Under the pieces are notes generated by a model. The model searched no databases, was not told where the DNA came from, and saw nothing but the letters and a program-made list of their open reading frames with translations. From positions 62,870,001 to 62,934,000 of the forward strand of contig CM052817.1 in NCBI GenBank assembly GCA_028534125.1: a stretch of 64,000 nt of DNA, given 5' to 3'. The DNA comes from Lama glama (taxonomy: Eukaryota). Numbering within the stretch: position 1 is the stretch's first letter; the number at the start of each line of letters is the position of its first letter. Made by a program: the position numbers and the translations under genes. Shown piece by piece: positions 53,216-64,000 of this stretch.

Positions 53216-55130
53216 TATAGTGGATACCTTTGGTGTTCTGTCTAATTTTCTGTTGGAGGCTGGTGTCCTAATCCCCTAGCTACTAGGTGAATTAGCAAAT
53301 AAATACTCAGAGCAACCTAATTCTCTGGAGAATTCTCCTTGGCCCCCTTCCACAGGAGTCTATGCTTCTTCCTTTCTATTCAGCAGAACTTAGCCAGAGA
53401 CTGAATGCTAGATCCATTGTCACAGGTGTGAATAACACTATGACCTAATTTGTACTTAAGAATAAAGCTAATTTTCAGCTAAGTTTTCATTATTCTTTAG
53501 CATTTCTCCCCTGGCCTGTCCCAGCTCCCTCACTCCCCTTACCCTAAGGGTACTCAATCAATAAATAACATTACAAGAATCCCCATTTCAGTCACTTGGA
53601 GAAAATCCTACCAAAGAGTGAGCAGTGGTCCTAGGAAGCAAGTTCTAAGAATGACATCTAGAGTTGGGTAATTCACTGACTGTATGACTTTGAGTGTCCC
53701 ATCACCATTGCAGGTGAAGGACTGATGGGCCCTGTCATGCTACAGCTGTAATAGTGAACTGGGGTGGCATATAGGTGGAACGTAAAGCACTAGCCTCATG
53801 CAATGTCTCCAGCATTTGAAAGGTGTGATAGAAAAAGAAAATATGAGAACTTCAGAATTGAATGCTTGTTGCTAAGCACCACTGATATATTAAAGAGAAA
53901 CAAAATGACTGGCTGAAATTTATTAATCAATTACTTAAAAGCAAAAGTAGAGTTAGGAGGCCTTATTTATAGCTTTTAAAGAAACTCTCATCTCCTGAAA
54001 TCCTAGGGAAGAATCATTAAATTTCAAGATGAGGACATAAATTTAGGAGTGCAGAACTTCAGAAAAGCCTGAATGCTCAGCCTCAACAAGTCTTCTATGC
54101 CAGGCTAGGGCCTGGTGTGGAATCAATCATTAAACCCAGAGATTCTGATGGGGGGATCTGCCTTTGAGAATCTTGAATCTTGAAGTTCTGCTGAACTTTA
54201 AAGGTCAATTTCCTCTTCTTGGCAGAAAGACGCCCCTCTTCCTAGCAACTTGCTTAAAACAACATAGAAACTTCAAATAAGGCAATTACGTACAAGACAA
54301 TGCTTGCCCTCTTCAAGATGCTCCCCCAACTGCCCTCCTGGCCAAAAGACTATGCTTCCCTAGTTCTGTTGACATATAATTGATATATAACATTGTGTAA
54401 GTTCAAGACGATACAACAAGATATTTGATATACATATATACAGCAAAATGGTTACTCCATTATGGTTAGTCAACACATCCACCATCTCACAAAATTATCA
54501 TTTTTTTTGTGTGTTGCTGTGAGAACATTTAAGATCTACTCTCTTAGCAACTTTAAAATATACAATACAGCACTGTTAATTACAGCCACCATGTTGCATA
54601 TTAGATCCCCAGAACTTACTCATCTAATAACTGGAAGTTTGTACCCTTTGACTAACATCTCCCCATTTCCCTATCCCTCAGCTTCTGGCGCCCACCATTC
54701 TGTTCTCTATTTCTCTGAGTTCTACTTTTTTAGATTCCACATACAAGGAAGACCATACAACTGTTTGCAATAGACTCTTAATTAGGATAAGACCTCAGTA
54801 TAACTCAGTCAGAAATTAGTGAACCAAATCAGATGAAGAGGTTTTATGTATCAAAGGAGCTGTAAGATCTGGCTAAAATGTGCCAACAGGACATGGGAAG
54901 TAGGCCTGGAAGGGATAGTGAGGGTGCCAGAGGGTGCGATAAGGGATAGTGTCTATATTGAGCCACTCTCTGGTAGCAAATAATGCACTCACAAGAGATG
55001 ATCTGAATGCTTTAAAAAAGGGTCAGTTTTCATTAAATGAGGTAGAGATGCCAGAACTGCCTTGGTAATATACTGATAAATGAATGAAAAGGGTCAGAAA
55101 GGTGGCATGCTACCATGGGTTTACTATATA
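53216..55130 (+). mobile_element. ERVL remnant: LTR16-like 5' LTR (about 53216-53618) plus gag region, interrupted by L1
   Basis: The LTR start 'tatagtggatac' is followed by 'agtggtcctaggaagca' and ERVL gag-like 'aaagaaactctcatctcctg...ctgaatgctcagcctcaaca'. The element resumes after about 54770. Confidence 0.7.
54362..54742 (-). mobile_element. L1 3' UTR fragment inserted in the ERVL gag region
   Basis: 'gtgagaacatttaagatctactctcttagcaacttt...ttagatccccagaacttac...ttagattccacata'. Confidence 0.9.
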
Positions 55131-55136
55131 TGACCA

Positions 55137-56045
55137 AATCACTAATCATCGGGGAAAAGCAAATTAAAATAACAATGAGATACACCACATACCTGTTAGA
55201 GTGGCTACTATCAAAAAGGCAAGAGATAACAAAGTCTGATGAGGATATGGAGAACAGGGAACCCTTGTACACTGTTGGTGGCAATGTAAATTGGTGCAGC
55301 CACTATGGAAAACTGTATGAAAATTTCCCCCAAACTTAAAAATAGAACTATCATATGATCCAGCCATTCTATTTCTGGGTATACGTATCCAAAGGGAATG
55401 AAAACCAAGAGATACCTGTATTCTCATGTTCACTGTAGCGTCATTCACAATAGCTATGACATGGAAATACCCTGAATGTCCATAGACAGATGAATGGATA
55501 AAGAAAATGTGATGTATATACATTATTCAGCCATAAAAAGGAAGGAAATCTTGCCATTAGCAACAAGACAACATGGATGGACCTTGAGAGCATATGCTAA
55601 GTGAAATAAGTCAGACAGGAAAAGAAATGCTGCATAGTATCATTTATATGTGGAATCTATAAATATCGAACTCATAGAAACAGAGAGAAGAATAGAGTAG
55701 TGGTTGCCAGGGGCTGAAGGGTGGGTGAAATGGGGAGATGTTGGTCAAAGGATACAAATTTTCAGTTATAAGATGAATAAGGTCTAGGGATCTAATGTAC
55801 AGCATGGTGACAATAGTTAACAATACTGTACTGTATATTTGAAAGTTGCCATGAGAGTAGAGCTTTAATGTTCTCACCATGACAACAACAAAATGGTAAT
55901 TATGTATTGGTGAAGGATGTGTTAACTAATCTTATTTGGTGATCATTTCATTATATATATGTGTGTTAAATCATCACATTGTATACCTTAAACATATACA
56001 GTGTTACATGTCAATTATATCTCAATAAAGTTGGAAAAAATAGAA
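55137..56045 (+). mobile_element. 5'-truncated L1 (L1MA/L1MB-like): ORF2 C-terminus, 3' UTR, poly(A) signal
   Basis: QIKITMRY...[17 protein letters not shown] remnants. Ends 'caattatatctcaataaagttggaaaaaa'. Confidence 0.95.
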
Positions 56046-58112
56046 GAAAAGTTAACTATATTTCTTAAGAGGCTCATCCACTTGTGTCCATGTGTTTTAA
56101 TTATATTTAACTTACATTTACCGTAGTTTATCTGCCTTCTGAAAAATTGCTTCATGTTTTATATTCAGATTACCTGCTTAATCTTTTGTCCCACGAAGTC
56201 TATTACTCAGTCTGTTCATTTAATCTTTTAAATAATTTCTATCATTAAAAAAATTCCTATAAGCTCCCTATTCTCTGACTGCTCTTTCATAACAGTTGGT
56301 TATTTTCTTAGAGATACAATGTCTTCTTTCATTTCTCAAGGGATTCTAATTTGAATTTTTAATGTCCTCTTTTAGTGCCTAAATTATATCTCCTTCTTTC
56401 AAGGTCATTTGTTCTGTGGATTCATTTTGGTCTATATATTTCATGCTCATAGTTGCTCTCAAATTTCTGATGATTCTTAGTTCTATTTATGAATGAAAGA
56501 CTAGGTTAATTAAGTATGTGAATTGCCTCTACAGTTTTAAAAGTATATTTCACAAAACTGTTCCTCCCTTCAATAAAGCGACTGACAACTCACACTAAGT
56601 AAGTACAAGAGATTTGTCAACAGGTAAGCATCCCTAAAAGGTGCCCAAGATAGTGGACAGGTAGGCATACTAGGGACTCTCTCAACCTCTTTAGGCGAGC
56701 ATTTTATTGAAATCGGATTAATGTAGTGAAAATTACACCTGAACTGAGATGTCTTCTTTTTTGTTTGTTTTTCACTCTGAAACTTTAATACAGAAGCACT
56801 TCAAGCTTAAACATTTCTTTAAATTAGTACTTTAAACCTCTGAATCCACGTAAGTGTCTTAGGCCTGCTGCTAGCAATTCTGTACGCATGAGGGGGTGAA
56901 AAGATGTGATTAGTTCAAGTGTTAAAACTGTAATTCTTTAAATACCCAGATGACCATCTTAAAGCCATTTTCTATTCTGCATTTTTTTTTTTTTTTTAGT
57001 TTGGATTTAAATCTAGTCTCAACTTTCTTTAAAGAAGCTTTGATAGCTCTGGTGGCTGGGTTCTGGTTTTCTCTTATCTATTTGACATCTCAAGAAATCT
57101 TATCCTCTTCTATTCAAATCGTCCAGAATTTTCCCAACATTTTTATCCCTTAATAACAAGTTTACTTTTAATGAGCAGTGCCTTGTGTTCACTATTTTTA
57201 TTCCACTCTCTGCCTTTTTCTACACGTGTTGAATCCAACATTTTAAATCAGAATTCAAATGGCCAGTTGTTATAATGCCAAGGTCTGACTTTAAATGAAA
57301 TAAATGAGTCCACTTAACAATTATAGGTTGCAAAGATTTATACTTTATATCATAGATAAAAAACCAGTAACAAAATTGAGATTTTCTAATCAATTTTAAG
57401 TGAATATCTATAAAAGATAAGCATTGAGATAAGTATTTTAGAATATAATATAAACCTATGATATTACAGAAACATTGGAAAAATACTTTTCCAGATATTC
57501 AAACTATAAAATGGTTGAAAACCTCTTTATCTTTTCCTAGTTTCATCAAATTGACTACTTACTAATTGAGCTTCAATGATTAAGGAATGGGATAAGTTGT
57601 TAGGTATTATGAATTATTTGGCATTATTTGCTTTTAAGGCTTCTGGGATTTTTTACTAAAAATATCGTAAGTTTGCATGGTGAGCTTTTTAAAGAAAAAC
57701 TTATGAGTTTCCAAGTACTTTTTTCTCTCAACCAAGATTTATTTTCTACTGTAAAACCAAATCAAAACCAGAAAGCTACCGAAATGTAAACTGCTATAAA
57801 GTGGCAGTTCTCACCCGACACCATGAAGTTCCAATTGCTTTATTCCTCAATAGATCTTTGTCATTCTTAATTAACTACTATACAACTAACGGTATAAATT
57901 CCTATAAACTTGCTATATAATGTATGTGTATGTGTATTCCCACAAAGAGAAAACAATTTTATATGTACTCTATTTTAAATTACCTTTTAAAACTTGAAAG
58001 TTGGTGATAATATTTGGTTTCTCTCATTCTCAGTTTTTAAAGTATAAATCAATCTGAAGTTTGTTTTGATTTGCTTTTGAAATATTCTGTTAGTTACTCA
58101 AGAAGTTAGTTA

Positions 58113-58272
58113 CAGTTGTCCCTCGGTATCTGCAGGGGCTTGGTTCCAGCTGCCCACTAGGATCCAAAATCTGAGGATGCACAAGTCTCCTACATAAAAT
58201 GGCTTTGTGTGTGAATAGAGTTGGCCCTCCACATCTATGGATTTGAAACTCACAGATATAAAGGGCTGACTG
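58113..58272. mobile_element. MER2-like TcMar-Tigger MITE, shortened
   Basis: Imperfect TIRs cagttgtccctcggtatctg / cagatataaagggctgactg, with TA on the left flank. Confidence 0.85.
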
Positions 58273-60003
58273 TTACTTCAAGCATTGGTTCTTCATAGGA
58301 AAGTTAAAATTATAAAAATCTTTTATTACTACAATCATGATAGGAAAAATCATATATAGAATTTAGAGACACTGAATTATAATGTCTATCATCAACTTTT
58401 GTACAACACATATGATAGGAAATTCAAACGTTGCCTTCTAAAACAACCAATTAAAATCATCTTAGTAAAGAGCAGACTATACTTGCCTTTGAAGGATTAT
58501 AGAACAGTATCTCAGAATTGTCCTTATAAAGCTGGTTTATGAAATTTGAATTTTTCATGAATTCCTGAAAATTTTTGTCATATTAAAGTTGAAAGATGTT
58601 TTACTGAATGGAAAAAATAATTTTTTAGAGGTTATCACAAGAGTGAATTTATCAAAATCTCTTACTCTTTACATTCTAGAAGGTAGAATATGAATAAGTA
58701 TGTGTTGATATACTTTAATTTCTAAATACTCCTGAATGTCAACTATTGTTTTCTTCCTTGTTAAGTAATTAAAATGTGTCAAATAACAAGGAATTGGTTC
58801 TTTAAGACAGTTTAATGAATTATTTCACTGCAAACATTTTAATGAAGTTTAAATTTAATACACTGGCTTTTAGATATGCAAAGAAAACAAATTCCTTTGT
58901 TTTCTAAAAAGCTCTTGTCTTTCTCATGAACTCCATTGGGAACAGAAGTATGGATTGCAATTTATCCTTTTAATATATTTCTTTCTCTTTTAGTGTAAAG
59001 TGTCTTCTAGGTAACTCAGTCTTTTTCAGGTAAATGAAATTGCCCTTCCTGGAGTTTAATCTGTATATATAGGGAAAGGGAGGCTTGCATAATACAGTGG
59101 TGGTGGGTAGCTGACTCTCAGCTATATGTAAAAATTCCTCTCCTTTTCCACTAGTCTTTATGGAGAATTGCCCTATAGTTTTTTCTTACTGTTATTACAG
59201 AGTCCCCAAATAGTTGATGCTTCTACATCTTTCCTTTGTCTCAGGCTGTCCATTTCATAACTTTACTGTGGAGTTACTTTGCTCCCTTGGTTCTAATAGC
59301 AAAACTGCTGACTTTATTTAACTACCTTCTGCATCCTCCAGGGAAGAATAAGAACTTCTGGATATGTATGCAGGCTCATGAGTGCAAGACCTGGTTTTTT
59401 CATTGCCCAAACATGGACAACTCGGAGACCACAGCTTAGCCATGTGGATGCAGCTACTGATTATTAACCTATAAATTTCATACTGATTAGCTTAGCAACC
59501 ATTGTTGCTCAGCCTTCTTGTTTTCACCTGGGATCATCATGTCTGCAAATCTTCTCTGATAGTTACAAACTGAGGATAGTGTAGGGACTTGGACTTTTCC
59601 CTCATCCTAATGGCCCATCTTGCCTTAATGCTAAGATTTGTCCCAGTGTTGGAAGTCAGCGTTGGACACAACACCCTGATCATCTGTTTCTCTGAAATCC
59701 TGTTCCTTCTTCTCATTTCTGCATTACTATGGTATAGGTGACCTATATTTACTTTTGCAGTGTAATAATAATCATCTTCACCTTATATGTTGCTGTGGAA
59801 AAAGAATCCCTAAATGATCTGAAAATATGAACTTTCTGTATGAATAATTATAAAGGATTTTCATAAATCCTTTGTAATTAAAAACATCTAAGTCTATTTA
59901 ACTCATTGTGGATGTCTATCAAATAATCTATACTCTTTTTGTAAACATACTGAATAAATTATTCCATTAGTTCTTTCTGATACCTATTCTAATCCCCACT
60001 TTA

Positions 60004-60497
60004 TTACGGTTAGGGTTAGGGTTCTGCAGAGAAATGGGAATCAAGAGGGGAAGGGTAATAGAAAGGGGAGGGGAAAGGAGAAGAGCAGGAGGAGGGAGAC
60101 AGATGGAGAGAGGGAGACAAGGAGAGAGACAGAGAGGGAGACAGAAAAGGAGATGGATTTATTTTAAGGAATGATTGTGGGTGTTGGCAAATTGGGAAGG
60201 TATAAGTAGGCTGGCAATTTGAAAACTTGGTCAAGAGTTGATGCTTGTCTTGGACAGTCTTGAGACAGAATTTCTTCTCCCAAGAAACCTTAGTTTTTGC
60301 TCTTAAGGCCTTCAAATGATTTAATGAGGCCCACTGTATTATTGAGGGGAAATCTCCTTTTCTTAAAGTCAACTGTTTTTAGATGTTACTCACACCTACA
60401 AAATAGGTGTGGTTCACACCAACACAGAGATTACCGTTTGGTTAAATAACTAGCATTATAGTCTAACCAGGTTGACACATAAAACAAAACATCATAG
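60004..60497 (-). mobile_element. MLT2 (MLT2D-like) ERVL solo LTR with internal GA-rich tract
   Basis: 'ttagggttctgcagagaaa' at the left and 'tagtctaaccaggttgacacataaaac' at the right are the two antisense MLT2 termini. Confidence 0.85.
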
Positions 60498-62039
60498 CCA
60501 CTGAATATAATAAAAGTATGCAATTTCAAGTCTCCATTTCATCTGTCATAAATTCTCAATAGCAATATACTAGATAATATTGTATTCTGTGCTTGCTTAA
60601 AATGTATTGAAGTAAAATATACATTATCTTCCTACGACACCAAATGTATTCATTAATACTCACACACAAACTGGTAAAATAAAAATAATGATAAAGTAAA
60701 TCATTAAAAACATAATTTATTATTTGTATTTATCATAATTATTTGATCCTTACCTATGCTACTTAGAAACAATACAAGGAGTAATTGATATATAATATGA
60801 GAATACAGATAATTATGTCTCATTTGGAAACAGTTCTGATGTTTGAGATATATTTTCCCAAACATTCACTTTGCTATATTGTGGTAGCTCAGAAAAAACT
60901 TTCAGATAAATATGCTTAAAATATTCTGTTCACTTATTGTTTCAATGGTCTAGTTTACATGTGATGATGATTACATCTCATACTGAGTTTGTATCTCACA
61001 TTGAATCTAATGTACATGTACTAACCTAATTTTGTAGAAATGATAGTCTTATTTTCCAAACTGAATACGAGACAGAAGAGTCTTATACTTCTTCTGAAAA
61101 TAGGACCAACTCTTTGAAATCAAATTTGTCCTCTGAAATCTGAGACATACAGTTGTTGCCATTCATTAGAGGGAATTTTTACACTAAGAATTCTAAAGTA
61201 GTTTAAAGCAACAAACTAGCCAGAATTTGTTAGACATTGAAAGTGTGTACATGATTTATATAGCTCATTGAATATATTTACTTATTTTCATGATTTTATC
61301 TCTGTTCTTAAAGACTAAGCAGATGTGTGTATGTAGGGGATTGCTGTTAATGAAAAATAAGCAACAATTAAATATGCCACCAAAAATAAACAAAACAAAA
61401 CTACACAAAATCCTATAGCATAAATATAACTATATAGGCATATTCCTTTTTTTAACCTTTCCAAAAATACACAGAAATCAGATCTACTGTTCCAACTATA
61501 GAAAGCATAAATAGAAAGTAAAAAGCAAGACTTGAACGTAAAAAGGAAGCATAAATAGAAATGAGAATATTGCACTGGGGAAAAATCAAGAAAAAGAAAA
61601 ATAAGTTCAAAAGTCATGATAGACATTGCAATATCTAACACAGCATTAAGGAGTCTATATTCTGGGAAATATTGTAAATCCACATACAACCAACATTGTA
61701 TTTTAATATGATGAACTATTATATTCTATCCTGGTGAATAGATGGTTAGAAAACATTTCCAATTGCTGGTAAGAACAGGTCAAATTTACAAAATAGTGAG
61801 TTCAGTTCAATGACTGAAGAAAGGAAGGCATAGATTCTTCCCCAGACAAAATAGCAATAGCCATGGTTGACAATATGCCCGTGCAAAACTGTCTAGTAGG
61901 AGTACAAGGAACTTCAGCTTTCTTAGGGCAGCAGCCATATCTGTTTAATTTGACATTTATCATTAACTAATAGAAGAATATCTCTTATATGAAAGGTAGT
62001 AAACAGAATTTATATTCTAATATATTATATTACTCATTT

Positions 62040-62166
62040 GTATGGTTTAGTGAGCATCTGTACAATCAAAAGTTAAGCTTCATAAGAAAAGATATTTCTT
62101 TCTCTTTTGCTCACCACTGTATCTGGTACATAGTAGGTTCATAATAAATATTGATGGATTGAATAA
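62040..62166 (+). mobile_element. L2 3' end
   Basis: 'tcaccactgtatctggtacatagtaggttcataataaatattgatggattgaat'. Confidence 0.75.
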
Positions 62167-63194
62167 ATTCAGCACAAAAGGTAAGGAAATTTTAATTGAC
62201 AATCTTCAACCCATAGATATGTTGATACATTGTTTATTTTCCTTCAAGATTTTTTTGTGCTCCATGAGCATAAAACCCAAAGAAATCTTGATTTTAAAAA
62301 AATCTATCTTATTGCCCTTAGGTAAATATATTTTAATACATTGTGAAGAATGTTCAACACTACAGATAGAGTAAGTTCTGTATAGATGGAAGAACTTCTA
62401 AAAGAAACTAAATAAAATATGAAGAATTTACAAATTCATTCTCATATTGGCTTTGAAATTATCTGTATGCTTTTCTCTGTACTAGGAGTACTAAATTAAG
62501 GGAACAGTTGGTATAAACCCAGTCAGTGACTTCTAGGATTTAGTTTCCACTCCTGGCTTGCACAGATTCTAGGTAATGTATAGGCTGGATAACTTGTCAT
62601 GAGGAAGCAATCTTGAAGTTCTTTAAAGTACAAAGGAATAATTGGTATTTTTACTCTGACCTTTCTTTCTGTCAGCACTACCACCACACAGTTTATATAT
62701 AATTAGAAATTTAAGCAATAATTATATTGTCACACATACATTTGTAACCAGAAAAAAATGATAGTGATCTAAATTAATTCCACAAAATAGCATTTTTACA
62801 TTTTCCCAACTTTTAAAATTATGTCAAACATGTTAGCACTTATATAGCAAAACATTTATAACAAGTGGTTAAATTTATGATAATACAATGAGACAAACAA
62901 ATAAAATACTTCTTAAATAGAATTTTTGAAATTAACTGATAAAAAGTAATATGCATAATTAAAATAAAAGTATTAATAAAATTAAAAATATTTAAAACTA
63001 TTAATAAAATAGTGGTTTTAATCTATTAAAATAAAAGATAAAAATAAATGACAGGTACACTACTGACTGATGCAAGAATTGACATACAAAATATAACTAG
63101 TGGTACTTTGCCTATGTCTACCTAAAAATGGTAACTGGTTTGTGAGAAAAGGGAGAAAACTAGCACAATAACTGGACACATTAAGAAAAGTTGC

Positions 63195-63885
63195 TAGGAA
63201 TTCCACTTCCACCATGATGTAGTAATAGGAATCTGATTTACCCTCTTGCTTTAAAAAAAAATTAGGCAACTGCACAAAATACAGAAATAAGTTGTCGGCC
63301 ATTGGGCTAGAACTAATCCAAGAAAGTAATGTGTGAGAAAAGTAAACAGACAAGGTGGATGCTGGGGTTTCTTCAGGGTGAACCCACAGTGAAGAGATGG
63401 ATAATCCAGAGGTCTGGATTATTTGAAGAGACAAAGTAGAGTGTTTGGGGAAGGAAAGGTGGTTAAGATTTGTGGGACAAAATGCTAGAGAGATTTCTGG
63501 AGTTTATGGAGAGCTCTTCTCAAATTTTAGCAAAAGAAGAAAAAAAAATAGTGAATTTGAAGAACCAGTAACAGAATCTACTCCAGATAAAGCACACAGT
63601 GAAAGATGACTGAACAAAGTGAAGAGAGCATCAGTGAGATTTGGGGCAGTATCAAATGGAATCATGTGCCACTGGGGTACCCAAAGAGAAGAGAAAGAAG
63701 TGATGCCCAAAGAGCATGAAACATAAAAGAAAAGAATGTTAAATTAGACTTTACCAAAATTTAAAAAATCTGCTCTGTGAAAGATACTCTTGTGAGAATG
63801 AAAAGACAAGCCATAGACTGTGAGATGGTATTTTTGAATTTTATATATAAAATAAAGAACTTGCATCCAAAATATATAAAAAGAT
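63195..63885 (+). mobile_element. Old L1 mosaic: 5' end, ORF1 piece, ORF2 piece
   Basis: 5'-like 'ccacttccaccatgatgtagtaa', ORF1-like 'gagcatcagtgagatttggggcagtatcaa', then ORF2-like 'tgaaagatac...gagaatgaaaagacaagccatagactg'. Confidence 0.7.
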
Positions 63886-64000
63886 GAAGACTTAAGTATG
63901 AATCAGCATGTATAGAAATCAGAAGAAGCTAATTAAGCGAGGTAGTCACCTAACATTACATGTTTAATAGCTGTGCTGATTTGTGACACAGCTATATTCT

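Noticed and set aside
55115..55339. L1 ORF2-like peptides here and at 20166-20399 and 45807-46004 as CDS
   Set aside because: Frameshifted, truncated retrotransposon remnants, not functional genes.
60010..60023. TTAGGG x2 as interstitial telomeric repeat
   Set aside because: Only two units, and explained by the MLT2 LTR terminus.
1..64000. CRISPR array, operon, tRNA/rRNA genes or other prokaryote-type system
   Set aside because: No regularly spaced repeats, dense ORFs or such RNA genes were seen; the sequence is mammalian repeat-rich non-coding DNA.

Overview
AT-rich, CpG-poor placental-mammal genomic DNA with a 500-N assembly gap at 22293-22792. I recognise no protein-coding gene; the ORF track is explained by chance ORFs, decayed LINE-1 ORF2 pieces, antisense frames over ERV remnants and the N gap. 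The window is an intergenic or deep-intronic repeat landscape. It holds ancient MIR, L2 and hAT/Tigger MER elements, MaLR and MLT2 LTRs, ERV1-type solo LTRs, several ERVL proviral remnants (two with traces of both LTRs, two with dUTPase remnants), and L1 insertions of several ages. The L1 3' ends look cetartiodactyl, and I saw no Alu, B1/B2, Bov-tA/BovB, PRE-1 or Can-SINE, which suggests a camelid (inference). The most notable local structures are a tailless U2 snRNA retropseudogene with target-site duplication, an unexplained perfect 29-bp inverted repeat, an internally deleted L1 keeping both ends, a nested transposon stack and a CpG-retaining non-repeat block at 33.3 kb. I found no convincing previously undescribed biological system. 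Repeat family names come from recalled consensus sequences, not a database search, and most boundaries are approximate.
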